A stretch of DNA of 64,000 nt from the NCBI GenBank assembly GCA_963787255.1, contig CAWBCJ010000025.1, positions 128,001 through 192,000 of the forward strand, read 5' to 3'. Within the stretch, counting starts at the first letter, position 1. Each line of letters opens with the position of its first letter. This DNA is from Methanobacteriota archaeon. Its GTDB lineage: Archaea; Methanobacteriota; Methanobacteria; Methanobacteriales; Methanobacteriaceae. The translations under genes were made by a program, and so were the position numbers. The notes below the pieces were generated by a model. It made no database searches. It saw only the letters and a list, made by a program, of their open reading frames with translations, and was not told the origin of the DNA. This document shows positions 12,577-23,653 of the stretch, piece after piece.

Positions 12577-13533
12577 TCATGTTTTCAATATTTCATTACT
12601 ATTAGGTTCTAAAAGTACTATAGCTTCGATTACGTCTGTTTCATCCATTTTTCGTTTCCATCCTGTGATAAAATCAGGTATTTGTTCTAGATTAAGCACT
12701 TCATAGAATGAAGGTTTTTTTTCTATTTTGAAATTGTCGTTTGAAAATGCAAGGATGGTGTTTATCTTTAAATGTGGAATATTCAAACCATGGGATGCTA
12801 AAAATCTGCTAAATTCAATGGTTTCTGTTTTTAACTTTCTTCCATGATTTCTATTATTTTTATTGCTTCCTTTTTCGGTTATCCATTCATTTTCATTAAT
12901 GATAATCTGTCTTCTTATCTTCTTAATTTTTATTAAAAATATTCCTGTTGGCCCAATTACAATATGATCATAATTTACTTTTTTTAAAGGAATTTTAACC
13001 TTATTTAAAATGAAATATCCTTCAGGTAACTTGCTTAAGTAATATGGGAGCTGTTTCATTCTTCCACTGCTTTTTTGGAGGTGATTGTTTTTCCGTTTAC
13101 CCCATATGTAAATAATGGAGCCTGCGGCCATGAAAACAAATGAAAGAATATAAATCAGTATTATCTGAGTGAATATGCTAAAAGTAGTGTCAATAGATGA
13201 TGTAGAGTTTAAATTATCTATATTTTGAGATATAAATATAAAAGGTGAAATATATGCAAATATAAGAACACATAAACCTAATAATGCAATTAAAAGGCCT
13301 GAAATAGCGACTAAGTTGTAATCATACGTTTTTTTATTTATTTTAGAATAGTCTTTATTTCTGTCTGTATTGTCTTTAAGGGGAGTATCATCAATTTTAT
13401 CGTAATATTCGTCTATGGTTTCATAGTATTGGAGATTTCCATTGCATTTTTCGCATACTTCAAGGTCGCGGATGTCAAAATCGGATTCAATTTCGTAATA
13501 TATCTCGCATTGGGGGCAGATTAGGTACGGCAT
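12577..13533 (-). CDS. Zn-ribbon + 2 TM + NERD (nuclease-related) domain protein
   Basis: YLICPQC...CEKC; two hydrophobic helices; DHIVIGPTGIFLI NERD signature. Confidence 0.75.
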   Translation of the reverse strand: MPYLICPQCEIYYEIESDFDIRDLEVCEKCNGNLQYYETIDEYYDKIDDTPLKDNTDRNKDYSKINKKTYDYNLVAISGLLIALLGLCVLIFAYISPFIFISQNIDNLNSTSSIDTTFSIFTQIILIYILSFVFMAAGSIIYIWGKRKNNHLQKSSGRMKQLPYYLSKLPEGYFILNKVKIPLKKVNYDHIVIGPTGIFLIKIKKIRRQIIINENEWITEKGSNKNNRNHGRKLKTETIEFSRFLASHGLNIPHLKINTILAFSNDNFKIEKKPSFYEVLNLEQIPDFITGWKRKMDETDVIEAIVLLEPNSNEILKT

Positions 13534-13763
13534 TTTTAACACTCAACTAAATGTAATCTTATTCAATAAACATGATTCTTTTATTTATATCTCTTAAATA
13601 TTTGTGTAAATTCCCTCAAATAGTTATCAAATAACCTTCCATGATTATTTATATATTACATGACAGCATATATTTTTTAATTGATAAATCAATTTCATGA
13701 ATAATAGTTACAAAAAAATAATAATATCTTTTGAATTTACATGTTTTATGGTGTGATTATAAA

Positions 13764-14732
13764 ATGCAGTTTCCAATTACAAGAATGCGAAGATTAAGGA
13801 AGAATCCTCAAATAAGAAATATTTTAAGCGAAACAAAGCTCAACACAGAGGATTTTATTTATCCAATGTTCATTAAAGAAACATTAAAAGACGGTCAGAA
13901 GGAACATATTGACACCATGCCTGGCCAATACAGATTTTCTTTAAATGATGCTGTAGATGAGGCAAAAAAGCTTGAAGAAATGGGATTAACTTCTATTCTT
14001 TTATTTGGAATGCCAGAAAAGAAGGATGAAACAGGATCATCAGCTTACGATGACGATGGCATCGTTCAAAGGGCTGTTTATGGAATGAAAGAAGAAACAG
14101 ATCTGGTTGTAATTACAGACGTTTGCATGTGCCAGTATACTTCACATGGACACTGTGGAATAATTAAAGATGACGAAATAGTAAATGATGAAACTCTGGA
14201 ATATCTCTCCAAAATTGCATTATCTCATGCAGAAGCAGGGGCAGATATTGTAGCTCCTTCTGATATGATGGACGGCAGAGTGGGAGCTATTCGACAAATG
14301 CTTGATAATAGTAACTTTGAAGATACACTTATAATGTCTTACGCTGCTAAATTCGCATCAGCATATTATGCACCATTTAGAGAAGCTGTTTGCTCCGCTC
14401 CATGTTTTGGTGATAGAAAAACTTATCAGATGAACCCTGCAAATGCAAACGAAGCAATAAGGGAAACTGAACTGGATATATTGGAAGGAGCAGATATTGT
14501 AATGATAAAACCTGCAATAGCTTATCTTGATGTTATAAAGGCAATTAAAGACGCCTTCAAAATGCCTACAGCAGCTTATCAAGTAAGTGGCGAGTATTCA
14601 ATGATTATGGCAGGTATAGAAGCAGGATATCTAACTGAAGATGTTATATTTGAATCATTAACATCAATAAAACGTGCAGGTGCAGATCTTATCATTTCCC
14701 ATTTTGCACCTGAATTTTTAAAGCAGATATAG
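13764..14732 (+). CDS. hemB: Porphobilinogen synthase
   Basis: [21 protein letters not shown] Zn site, [21 protein letters not shown]. Confidence 0.97.
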   Translation: MQFPITRMRRLRKNPQIRNILSETKLNTEDFIYPMFIKETLKDGQKEHIDTMPGQYRFSLNDAVDEAKKLEEMGLTSILLFGMPEKKDETGSSAYDDDGIVQRAVYGMKEETDLVVITDVCMCQYTSHGHCGIIKDDEIVNDETLEYLSKIALSHAEAGADIVAPSDMMDGRVGAIRQMLDNSNFEDTLIMSYAAKFASAYYAPFREAVCSAPCFGDRKTYQMNPANANEAIRETELDILEGADIVMIKPAIAYLDVIKAIKDAFKMPTAAYQVSGEYSMIMAGIEAGYLTEDVIFESLTSIKRAGADLIISHFAPEFLKQI

Positions 14733-14783
14733 TATAAATAGAATTAAAATATTGAAAATCAAAGACTAGTTGGAGAAAACAAC

Positions 14784-15689
14784 ATGAATCCAGAGTTAAT
14801 CGCCAAAATAGTACAAATAGCATCCGTTCTTGAAGTAAGCGGCCATCCAAAACCCGGTAACGTCCACCGTACACAGGACTTCGACGACATGATTTTTGAA
14901 GATTTCCTTATAAGCGGGATTGTAATAGGAGATTTAATGAAAAAAGCCGCTGAAAGAGGGAAGAAATATAAAGATGATTATTCGCTTCATAAGATCAGGC
15001 TTGGAGAAATAATAAAGGAAGCAGTCCTTGAAACTGACAGATGGATCGGAAATAACACTAATTTGGGTATAATAATTCTTTTTGCTCCGTTATCAGCTGC
15101 AGCTGGAATGAGTAGCAATGTTCAGGAATTAAGGAAAAATGTAGAAAGAATAATGAAAGCAACCACATCCAAAGACGCCATTAACCTTTATGATGCTATT
15201 AACGCTGCTGCTGCTGGTGGAATGGGTGAACAAGAAGAACTGGACGTTGCAGATGCAGAAGCAAGGGGAAGAATTATAAAAGAAAATATAAGCATGTTCA
15301 AAGTATTTGAAATGTCTGCTAAATGGGATTTATTGTCCAGTGAACTTACAACTGGAATGCCGGCAACATTTGAAACTGGTTATCCAACATTTAAAGAAAC
15401 AAAATCTACTTATGGATTAAACAAAGCAACAGTCCAGACATTTATCACAATTTTAGCACAGAATCCTGACACATTAATTTCTAGGAAATACGGGATGGAT
15501 ACAGCAAGAATAATTTCAGCTGACGCAGATTCCATATTACAGAATGGAGGAATCTTAAACTCTCAAGGAGAGCTTTTAATACGCGAATTTGATAAGCAGC
15601 TTTTACGAAATAAATTCAATCCGGGAACAACAGCAGATATAACGGCGGCCTCAATACTGGTAGCGCTTCTGGAAGAATACGGCCAGTAA
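14784..15689 (+). CDS. citG: Triphosphoribosyl-dephospho-CoA synthase-like (CitG family)
   Basis: LEVSGHPKPGNVHR, NTNLGI, DTLISRKYG, NPGTTAD. Confidence 0.88.
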   Translation: MNPELIAKIVQIASVLEVSGHPKPGNVHRTQDFDDMIFEDFLISGIVIGDLMKKAAERGKKYKDDYSLHKIRLGEIIKEAVLETDRWIGNNTNLGIIILFAPLSAAAGMSSNVQELRKNVERIMKATTSKDAINLYDAINAAAAGGMGEQEELDVADAEARGRIIKENISMFKVFEMSAKWDLLSSELTTGMPATFETGYPTFKETKSTYGLNKATVQTFITILAQNPDTLISRKYGMDTARIISADADSILQNGGILNSQGELLIREFDKQLLRNKFNPGTTADITAASILVALLEEYGQ

Positions 15690-15765
15690 TTAAAATTTAA
15701 GTTTAATATAAGTTAAATAAATAAAAAAATAAATTATCTATTATTCACTTTGGAGAGTATAAAAA

Positions 15766-17295
15766 ATGCTTCAAAATATCATCGATGAATTACACATTTA
15801 CGAAAAAAAAGTTTTAAAAGGATTAGAAGCAGCAGGTTACGAAGCAACACCAGAAGAAATTACAAAATCCCAGGAAATGGATATTAAATCCGTAATGAGT
15901 GCTTCCGGCTCTTTAGAATCTAAAGGCATCATCCACGTTCAAAAAGACATTGACGAAATCATCAGCCTAAGTGAAACTGGAAAAGAATACGCAAAAGAAG
16001 GATTACCCGAAAGAAGAACACTAGAAGTATTAAACAAAGAAGAATCCATCCCCATGAAAGATATGGCTTCCAAAGCAGGATTAGACCCTGCAGAAGTTAA
16101 AGTAGCTATCGGATGGCTACGTAAGAAAAAATGGGCCACTATTGATAAAGGAAATGTCAAAATAACCGATGAAGGAAGAAACGCAGCAACAGAAGAATAC
16201 AGCGACGAACTACTATTAGACAAAATTCTTGAAGTAAATAAACTACTATTTTTTAACCCTTCTAAATTATTTAAAGAAGGATTTGACCTTTTAAAGAAAA
16301 GAAAAGGAATATTAGAAGTAAAAAAAGAACCTAAATTTAAATTAATAGTCACTGAAAAAGGAAAAAAACTCTTAGATATGGGAATAGAAATCCGTGAAGA
16401 AGCCACTCAACTAACTCACGAACATCTAAAAACAGGATCATGGAAAGAATTAAAATTTAGAGGCTATGACGTCCGCGCAGAACATCCAGAAACATTCCCT
16501 GGAAAAATGCACCCATTACAAAGAACAATTAAAGACATAAGACAAATATTCCTCTTAATGGGCTTTACAGAAAGCAGAGGCTCAATCCTTGAATCCGCTT
16601 TCTGGAATTTCGACTGCCTCTTCCAACCTCAAGATCACGCAGCACGTGAAATGCAAGACACATTTTACATAAAAGAACCAAAAGAAGTTAACCTACCATC
16701 ATCACAACTTATAGATAAGGTTTCAGAAGCTCACGAAAACGGTGGATTAACCGGTTCTGAAGGATGGGGCTATTCATGGGATATTGATGTTGCCAAACAA
16801 TCAGTACTTAGAACTCACACAACATGCGTTTCTGCAAGATACCTTGCAGAAAATAAACCACCACTAAAAATGTTTTCTGTAGGAAGAGTATTCAGACGAG
16901 AAACAATAACCTACAAACACCTTCCCGAATTCCACCAAGTAGAAGGAATCATCGCAGCAGAAGACATCACATTCAAAAACCTTCTCGGCATCTTAAAAGA
17001 ATTCTACCATAAACTAGGATTTGAAGTGAGATTCAGACCCGCATATTTCCCTTACACATATTTATCAGTAGAATGTGAAATCTATCTCCCTGATAAAGAA
17101 ACATGGATCGAACTCGGGGGTGCAGGAATGTTTAGACCTGAAGTTTTAGAACCTCTCGGAGTTAAAACACCAGTAGCAGCATTTGGTCTTGGAATTGAAA
17201 GATTAGCCATGATGAGATTAGATATTAAAGATATCAGAAAGCTTTACAAGAGCGATATTGGCTGGCTAAGACATTTACCAGTTAAATTGGATTAA
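15766..17295 (+). CDS. pheS: Phenylalanine--tRNA ligase alpha subunit (archaeal long form)
   Basis: [53 protein letters not shown]. Confidence 0.97.
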   Translation: MLQNIIDELHIYEKKVLKGLEAAGYEATPEEITKSQEMDIKSVMSASGSLESKGIIHVQKDIDEIISLSETGKEYAKEGLPERRTLEVLNKEESIPMKDMASKAGLDPAEVKVAIGWLRKKKWATIDKGNVKITDEGRNAATEEYSDELLLDKILEVNKLLFFNPSKLFKEGFDLLKKRKGILEVKKEPKFKLIVTEKGKKLLDMGIEIREEATQLTHEHLKTGSWKELKFRGYDVRAEHPETFPGKMHPLQRTIKDIRQIFLLMGFTESRGSILESAFWNFDCLFQPQDHAAREMQDTFYIKEPKEVNLPSSQLIDKVSEAHENGGLTGSEGWGYSWDIDVAKQSVLRTHTTCVSARYLAENKPPLKMFSVGRVFRRETITYKHLPEFHQVEGIIAAEDITFKNLLGILKEFYHKLGFEVRFRPAYFPYTYLSVECEIYLPDKETWIELGGAGMFRPEVLEPLGVKTPVAAFGLGIERLAMMRLDIKDIRKLYKSDIGWLRHLPVKLD

Positions 17296-17322
17296 ATGGT
17301 TAATTTAATCCTACTTTTTTTT
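17289..17322 (+). terminator. Hairpin plus T-run after pheS
   Basis: GGATTAAAT (17289-97) / ATTTAATCC (17303-11) inverted repeat followed by T8. Confidence 0.5.
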
Positions 17323-17442
17323 AATAAAAACTATTTTGACTCTTCTTTTTTGAAAATGGAGAAATTATTTTTAGGTTGATACTTAATTAAGCATCTATTT
17401 CTCATTCACCATAAAAAAATGGAAAAAAAATTAATATGTATT

Positions 17443-17622
17443 CTATTCTTTTAAGGTCCAGTAGCACCTCTTAGGAGAATAAATAGTTTCATCTTTTTTA
17501 AGTTCTTTCATGATTTTATCAACTTCTTTTTTATCTACGCCAGAGATTTGACTGATTTTAGTGGCATTTAATGGTTCTTCAGAGTCTTTGAAAGCTTTAA
17601 TTACTTTTTCTGTATCATTCAT
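17443..17622 (-). CDS. Small winged-HTH protein (59 aa)
   Basis: Manual translation MNDTEKVIKAFKDSEEPLNATKISQISGVDKKEVDKIMKELKKDETIYSPKRCYWTLKE; RBS GGTGA. Confidence 0.82.
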   Translation of the reverse strand: MNDTEKVIKAFKDSEEPLNATKISQISGVDKKEVDKIMKELKKDETIYSPKRCYWTLKE

Positions 17623-17888
17623 GATATCACCATACTTGAATTACATTTAAATCCATATAATTTGTTATGGTAACAGTTCAAAACTAGTATCACTAAGAAT
17701 CGCAAAAAAAATAGTAGTCCATTTAAATCGTTATTAGTTCTATTATTACAAAAAAAATAACCAACTGAAAAATTAACCCTTTTACCCTCAGTATAAAATC
17801 CAATTATAATGACTAAGATACCTATAGTTATAAAATATATGTCAACGGGAGAATTAGGCCCTAAATAACTTGCTAAAAATAGCAACAT
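17619..17888 (-). CDS. Small hydrophobic protein, possibly degenerate
   Basis: Two hydrophobic stretches; frame stays open upstream (SEPKQNPTILIGIGT); start unclear and C-terminus looks scrambled after a homopolymer. Confidence 0.35.
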   Translation of the reverse strand: MLLFLASYLGPNSPVDIYFITIGILVIIIGFYTEGKRVNFSVGYFFCNNRTNNDLNGLLFFLRFLVILVLNCYHNKLYGFKCNSSMVIS

Positions 17889-18165
17889 TGTTCCAATTCC
17901 AATTAATATTGTAGGGTTTTGTTTTGGTTCACTTATTCACCCGTTTTAATTAAAATTAGATTGATTAAAGTAATATAAAAACTTAATTTAAAAATAATTA
18001 AGCATTCTAAAGTTAACTTTATTTGGGTATAATCTATTTTTAAGCGATAATTTTTCTATTTTGTTAGTTTTAAATATTGTATTAATATTATTATTAATTG
18101 TAATAAATTTTATATTGGTTAATGATCTTAAATGAAACTGTAAAAAAAAATGAGGTGATTAAAAA

Positions 18166-18375
18166 ATGGTTCAAGGAGGCTTACCACCCGCACAAATAGG
18201 ACCTTTCATAAAGGATATTACTTTTCCAGTAAATAAAAAAGAAGTCATTCAACATGCACAAAATAGTAACGCTGATCAAGAAGTAATAGACACATTAAAG
18301 AATTTACCAAACCAGAAATTTAATTCATCACAAGAATTAAAGAAAATTTTAGGCAACATTCAAAGACAATTCTAG
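18166..18375 (+). CDS. DUF2795 domain protein
   Basis: FIKDITFPVNKKEVIQHAQNSNADQEVIDTLKNLP..KFNS pattern; RBS GAGGTGA. Confidence 0.8.
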   Translation: MVQGGLPPAQIGPFIKDITFPVNKKEVIQHAQNSNADQEVIDTLKNLPNQKFNSSQELKKILGNIQRQF

Positions 18376-18684
18376 AAAAAAAACATTTATTTTTAATAAA
18401 TTTGTAATTATACAATCCCAGATATAGACAATTTACCTGAAAATAACTTAAACTCTCTTTTAATATGTTCAAAAAGCATTTAAGAAGAAAAAAGAGGAGA
18501 ATAATAGGGAAGAAATATATAGAAAAATTTTATATACTCAAGTATCTTTTTTTTCTATTTAAAATTATTTAATTGGGATAAATGATGAATAATGTTTTAG
18601 AGATCATTAAAACAGAAAAGTATTATTAAATACCTTAAAAATCAAATTAAACATTATTTAATATCATTATTTAAAGGTGAAACT

Positions 18685-19257
18685 ATGAAAAAATCTATTG
18701 GTGCAAAAACTATCGTGTATCCTACTCCAGTATTCATAATTGGAACCTACGATAAAGAAGGAAAACCAAATGCTATGAATGCGGCATGGGGAGGAATATC
18801 TTGCTCTTCTCCACCGTGTGTTTCAATTTCTATAAGAGAAGCCACATATACACATGGCAACATTAAAGAAAAGGAAGCATTTACAGTCAATATTCCATCT
18901 GAAGAATTTATTATAGAAGCTGATTACTTTGGAATCAGTTCAGGGAGAAATGAAGATAAATTTGCTACTACAGGGTTGACTCCAGTTAAAAGTGAATTTG
19001 TAAATGCACCATATATTGAAGAATTTCCTCTAATTTTAGAGTGCAAACTGGTAAATATAACCGAATTAGGGCTTCATACTCACTTTACAGGTGAAATATT
19101 AGATGTAAAGGTTGATGATGAGGTAATGGACAATAATGACAATCCAAACATTGAAAAAATTAAACCATTTTTATATGACCCTGCATTTAGATCATACTAT
19201 GGCATTGGAAAGAACCTTGGAAAAGCATTTTCTATTGGAAGAGAAGTGATGAAATGA
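18685..19257 (+). CDS. Flavin reductase family protein (flavoredoxin-like)
   Basis: [47 protein letters not shown]. Confidence 0.9.
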   Translation: MKKSIGAKTIVYPTPVFIIGTYDKEGKPNAMNAAWGGISCSSPPCVSISIREATYTHGNIKEKEAFTVNIPSEEFIIEADYFGISSGRNEDKFATTGLTPVKSEFVNAPYIEEFPLILECKLVNITELGLHTHFTGEILDVKVDDEVMDNNDNPNIEKIKPFLYDPAFRSYYGIGKNLGKAFSIGREVMK

Positions 19258-19305
19258 ATTAAGTTTTAGAAAACTATTAAATCTTAATTAAACATCCTAA
19301 ACTTA

Positions 19306-19569
19306 TCAATTTCGGTAGCGATATATCACAATCAATGTCGCAACACCTAAAAAGACACCTACAGCGTTGGGAGTAGTAATATAAATGTTATTTATGCCTA
19401 GGCCGTATAAGACCCAGAAAAAGCAGTTAAATATCATCATGAAATAGATTAATGGAGATACTGTGTGGGATGTTTTATCTTTTATTATGTCTCTGATTTG
19501 GTCGATGGGGCTTATGAACATTAGTATTGCGAAGATGCTTGCTATTAGTCCTATGATTTCGATTGACAT
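19306..19569 (-). CDS. SemiSWEET (MtN3/saliva) family transporter
   Basis: Three TM helices; MFISP..QI..IIK.K, NCFFWVLYG, PNAVG. Confidence 0.82.
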   Translation of the reverse strand: MSIEIIGLIASIFAILMFISPIDQIRDIIKDKTSHTVSPLIYFMMIFNCFFWVLYGLGINNIYITTPNAVGVFLGVATLIVIYRYRN

Positions 19570-19655
19570 TTAAAAGGTTCCTTATAGTTGGTTTTTTTAT
19601 CAACAAGTTTTTGATCATTGAAGATGCAGTTTTTTAAAAATAAAATTAATTTATT

Positions 19656-21200
19656 TTATTTAAGAATTGTTTTTTTCAGTTCTTTTCCTGATTCTGCAAT
19701 TAAATCAATTCTTTCTACAGGAATACCTTTATTATGTAAATGTGTTGCAAGATGTACAGGTGTAATTGTTTCTTCTACATCTATAAGAATGGAATTTTGT
19801 TCATAGGAGATTCCACAGATTCCATATTCACTTAAAGCAATGTAAGTGGCTTCTACATCATCAGTTTTCACCCTGTAAGTACGCAGTTTCTTCGACACTT
19901 GAGAAACATCAATTTTCAACCTTTGAAGTACTATAAGAATATGTTTTCCTAGTGCTAGTTCTAGGATTTCGGGGTCTATGATGTCTTTTTTTTGTATTAT
20001 ACGTACTGCTTGGCAGATTTGGGCTAGATCTCTTGCGTGTGCAAAACTGGGTTCTAGACCTTCTCCTTCATCGTATGTGGATGTGTATACTTTTTTGAAT
20101 CGGTCTATGGTTTCATCACTATATTTTTCTTCTAGTTCGTCCATGTTTCTTTTGAAGACTTCGGCTAGTTCGTCTAGTGGTGGGTCTTTAAGGAATATGT
20201 GTAGTGGTGCTCTTCTTAGGTGTGCTTCGTCCATTATGCTTATGTCTAGATTAGTGGAAAAAGCAGGTATGAAATGGCTGTGAACAACTACTGGAATACC
20301 TCTTACGTAAATAACATCTTTATTGTTCTCCATTGGTACAATAAGTCTGTTTAAAACTAATTCATGGTCATCTCTTTGTCTTCCAAGGTCGTCAACTAAG
20401 AGAACTCCTCCATTTGCCTTTATTATAGGTGAAGTCTCATATATTCCTTTGTTGGGATTGTAGTTGGTTTCTAACTTATTTAAACTAAGTTCTGAACCTG
20501 TAAGTACAAAAGGGGCGTAAATTTTAACCCAGCGAGGGTCTTCCGGCTGATTATCACATCTTTTATGAAAATCAGGATCATAGAGCTGGATTACCGCTCC
20601 ACCAAACTCAATAAATTTTGGAATAACCAGAGGGGGTAGAAGGTCTGACATTTTACTTACAATAAAAGTTTTACCAGTTCCAGGAGGTCCATAAACAAAA
20701 ATACCTTTTCCAATGGTACATGACTCTATTAAAACTTCTTTAGCATAATTAACTCCAACAACTTCATTGAAAGCATATTCAATAATGTCTTCAGGTATTT
20801 TAAGGGGATATCTGCCCTTCAGCTGTGCTTTCATGAGTTTGTAGTAATCATCATATGAAACTGGTGCCATTCCAATATATGGATTTTCTTCCAGGATTCT
20901 TCTGGCTTTTTCATGTCCTTTTTTTGTTACAGTGTATTCAACACTGGAAAAAAGGAATCCTCCGCCCGTAGTTGCACAAAAACCTTCTTCTTCTAACTTT
21001 CTAAGGGCTTCTTCTAAAACATCCCAGTGAATACCGGTCATTTCATTTATTAAACTAGTTTTTATGGTTCCATAGCTTGATATAATCTTTAAAATCAAAT
21101 TTTTAACAAAAGTACTTGAGAGTTTTAATTCTTCAAGATTTCGGGGTTGTTTAATGATTTCAAAAATCTTTTCCATTTTTGTATCATGGTAATAATTCAT
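19656..21200 (-). CDS. AAA+ ATPase of unknown function with N-terminal winged-helix-like region
   Basis: Walker A GPPGTGKT; KANGGVLLVDDLGRQ Walker B; FSTN sensor; DEAHLRR arginine finger. Confidence 0.82.
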   Translation of the reverse strand: MNYYHDTKMEKIFEIIKQPRNLEELKLSSTFVKNLILKIISSYGTIKTSLINEMTGIHWDVLEEALRKLEEEGFCATTGGGFLFSSVEYTVTKKGHEKARRILEENPYIGMAPVSYDDYYKLMKAQLKGRYPLKIPEDIIEYAFNEVVGVNYAKEVLIESCTIGKGIFVYGPPGTGKTFIVSKMSDLLPPLVIPKFIEFGGAVIQLYDPDFHKRCDNQPEDPRWVKIYAPFVLTGSELSLNKLETNYNPNKGIYETSPIIKANGGVLLVDDLGRQRDDHELVLNRLIVPMENNKDVIYVRGIPVVVHSHFIPAFSTNLDISIMDEAHLRRAPLHIFLKDPPLDELAEVFKRNMDELEEKYSDETIDRFKKVYTSTYDEGEGLEPSFAHARDLAQICQAVRIIQKKDIIDPEILELALGKHILIVLQRLKIDVSQVSKKLRTYRVKTDDVEATYIALSEYGICGISYEQNSILIDVEETITPVHLATHLHNKGIPVERIDLIAESGKELKKTILK

Positions 21201-21319
21201 AGGATCACCTGGATCACTTGAAAATCAACTGAAATTCTTTAATGGGATATTAATATACTATTTCATAAGTTTTAAGATATATAAATATTTATTAGCAAAT
21301 TTTCCTCTTTTTTTTATGA

Positions 21320-22001
21320 TTATAGTATATTTTTAAGTTCACCAATATGATTTATCACTTTAATTTCAATACCTTTTTTTTCAAGATATTCTTCATCTGA
21401 CTTACTTAATTTGGAGTTAACAAGAATTGCTGACATTCCAGAGTTCAAAGCTCCTAATATATCTTCATTGAATTTATTACCTATCATAATTGATTTTTGA
21501 GCATTGCATTCCATTTTTTCCATTGCCAGCTCGAAGATGCGTGTATCTGGCTTTTGAACTCCTGCTTCTTCAGAGGTGATTATATGGTCGAAGAAATGAT
21601 GCAGAATCCAGTCTGATTAATTTTTCCCATTGTTTAATTGTTATTCCATTTGAAATAACCCCTAGATGGTATCCTTGCTCTTTAAGATAAATAAGGGTTT
21701 TTGTTGTCTGTGGAAATAACCTTAAAAGTGCGAATTTAACGTTATGATAAGTAATCATTCCAAGAGCTATTAAAAGAGGCTTTTCCTCTCCAAAAACTCT
21801 TTTTGTTAAAATATTGAAGTGTTTATCATAATTGGATCCATGTTCATCAATTATTTCCCTTAAAAGAAGGTAAGCTTCGTCGGATTCTAGGGGTAAGCCT
21901 GCATCAATCATTACATTTAATGCTGCCTTCCTTGCAAGCTTTGCAAAACCAGAGGTATCGTAAAGCGTATCATCAATATCAAAAAAAACTGCTTTTATCA
22001 T
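21320..22001 (-). CDS. HAD-superfamily hydrolase (TIGR02253-like), one +1 insertion near 21605
   Basis: VFFDIDDTLYD motif I, ISNG motif II; removing one base gives RLDLHHFFDHIITSEEAGVQKPDTRIF, joining IMIGNKFNEDILGA. Confidence 0.85.
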
Positions 22002-22156
22002 TATCACACCTGAAATATTGTAAAGATCAATCTTATTCTTGTAATTAGAATAATATAAACTTACTGAAATAAATATTTGAGTGATTAATCTGTAGATATA
22101 TTTCTAAAGATTATAATACCTTTAAAATAGTAAAATAAGCTATTATAAAAATTTAT

Positions 22157-22801
22157 TTAGAAAAATGCGTCAAGGCTGCTCTGTTTTTCTTTATGAAGAA
22201 TATCCTGTTCAGAGTATCCAAGAGATTCTATGATTCTTCCAACAGCAGGGAGCACCTGATTTTCAATGTAATATTTGGGATCGTAGTTAGATATTTTTGC
22301 ATCTTCTATCGGCTCAGCACGCTTGCTTATGGGTTCTCTCCCTTTAACAACAACATATCTGATGATAGAACCCCTTTTAACATCTCTTCCCCTTTCTATG
22401 GATTTTTTTGCAGCAAGAACGTGGGGTGCCATTTGAGTATATTCATGGGGATTTTTAGTAAGCTGGGTGTGAATTACAAGGTCTTCCAACTTAACATTAC
22501 CCTTTCTGATGTCTTCAATAACTTCTTCAACGATTTTAGCTGCTTTTTCAGGTGAAGCCTCTTTTAAAATTGCGTTAAGAACTTTTCGCTGGGTATTTTT
22601 TGTTATGGGGGCCCAGTCTCTTCTTACAAGTTCTAAACCCTTAACAACAATGGTATCATCTTCAATAAGAGCGTATCTTTTCTTAGTTACAAAAAAACCC
22701 CTTTTGAAGAAACCTTCATATTCAAGCTCCATTCCGTCTGGTAATTCTTTATTCACGGCTTTAAGGAACTTTTTAGCGCTTTCTTTGATTTCCTCATTCA
22801 A
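22157..22801 (-). CDS. polB2: Split family B DNA polymerase, C-terminal small subunit
   Basis: [32 protein letters not shown]-terminal PIP box QSSLDAFF; no catalytic YGDTD motif. Confidence 0.92.
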   Translation of the reverse strand: MNEEIKESAKKFLKAVNKELPDGMELEYEGFFKRGFFVTKKRYALIEDDTIVVKGLELVRRDWAPITKNTQRKVLNAILKEASPEKAAKIVEEVIEDIRKGNVKLEDLVIHTQLTKNPHEYTQMAPHVLAAKKSIERGRDVKRGSIIRYVVVKGREPISKRAEPIEDAKISNYDPKYYIENQVLPAVGRIIESLGYSEQDILHKEKQSSLDAFF

Positions 22802-22853
22802 CAGGATACACCGCTTGGAATGTATTAAAAAAAATAGAGGGTATTAATATGAT

Positions 22854-23234
22854 TTATTCAACTAATACGCCGTTTATCATACCGTGTTGACCGGGTCTGG
22901 AAGTTACTTTAACTTTTCCAGCGCTTGTTTCTACTACGGCACCTTTTGTAATTATGTTCCTACGTACAAAGTGAGTGTTAGCACTGTTTTCAACAACACT
23001 TACAATCTCTGCAACTTCAACCTTATGGGTTTTAGGGTTAACCACGTTAATTTTATTTTCATTGGTAAGTCTTATTTTATCATTACCGCCTTTTGTACGG
23101 ATCTTTTTGACTTTTCTGTCTCCAATTTTAGTTTCTGCGGCCCCTTTACCAAGCTCGGATTTTCTTTTATTTTTGTTGAGCTTAGCACGTCCTCCGCTAG
23201 GTTTTCTTAATGATTCTCCTTGCCAAATTGCCAT
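22854..23234 (-). CDS. rps8e: 30S ribosomal protein S8e
   Basis: MAIWQG.S.RKPSGG, RTKGGN, RRNIITKGA, TSRPGQHG. Confidence 0.97.
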   Translation of the reverse strand: MAIWQGESLRKPSGGRAKLNKNKRKSELGKGAAETKIGDRKVKKIRTKGGNDKIRLTNENKINVVNPKTHKVEVAEIVSVVENSANTHFVRRNIITKGAVVETSAGKVKVTSRPGQHGMINGVLVE

Positions 23235-23653
23235 TCTTTCACCTCTAATTAATTTAAATTATTGATTTTTTAATTATGAGAATTTATACTTAAATTAGGA
23301 TTATATTTGGGTTTTCAAATTTAAGGTAATCTATATTCTCAAAAAAGCACTATTATAGAATAGTTGTATATTTATATTAATTCTAACGCTTTATTTATAG
23401 CTATCCTCTAAATTATACTACTTTAAAAAATATCTCTGTGAATATTTAAAAGTTAATTCACTTAAAAATATTCTTAACTAGTTAATATATAACAATCCAT
23501 ATATATTTTATTATGCTTATTCTAGTATAATAATGAATTTAAATTTTAAAGAATTGAAATGTTTAATTTATCCAAACCGGATTTTATAATAAACTCTACC
23601 TTAAATTAATCTAAAAATAAAAGATATAAAACACAAAAACAATGGGTGAACTT

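Noticed and set aside
23235-23640. Possible ncRNA (e.g. SRP RNA) in the S8e-hypE gap
   Set aside because: Extremely AT-rich with no GC-rich stems; consistent with divergent promoters
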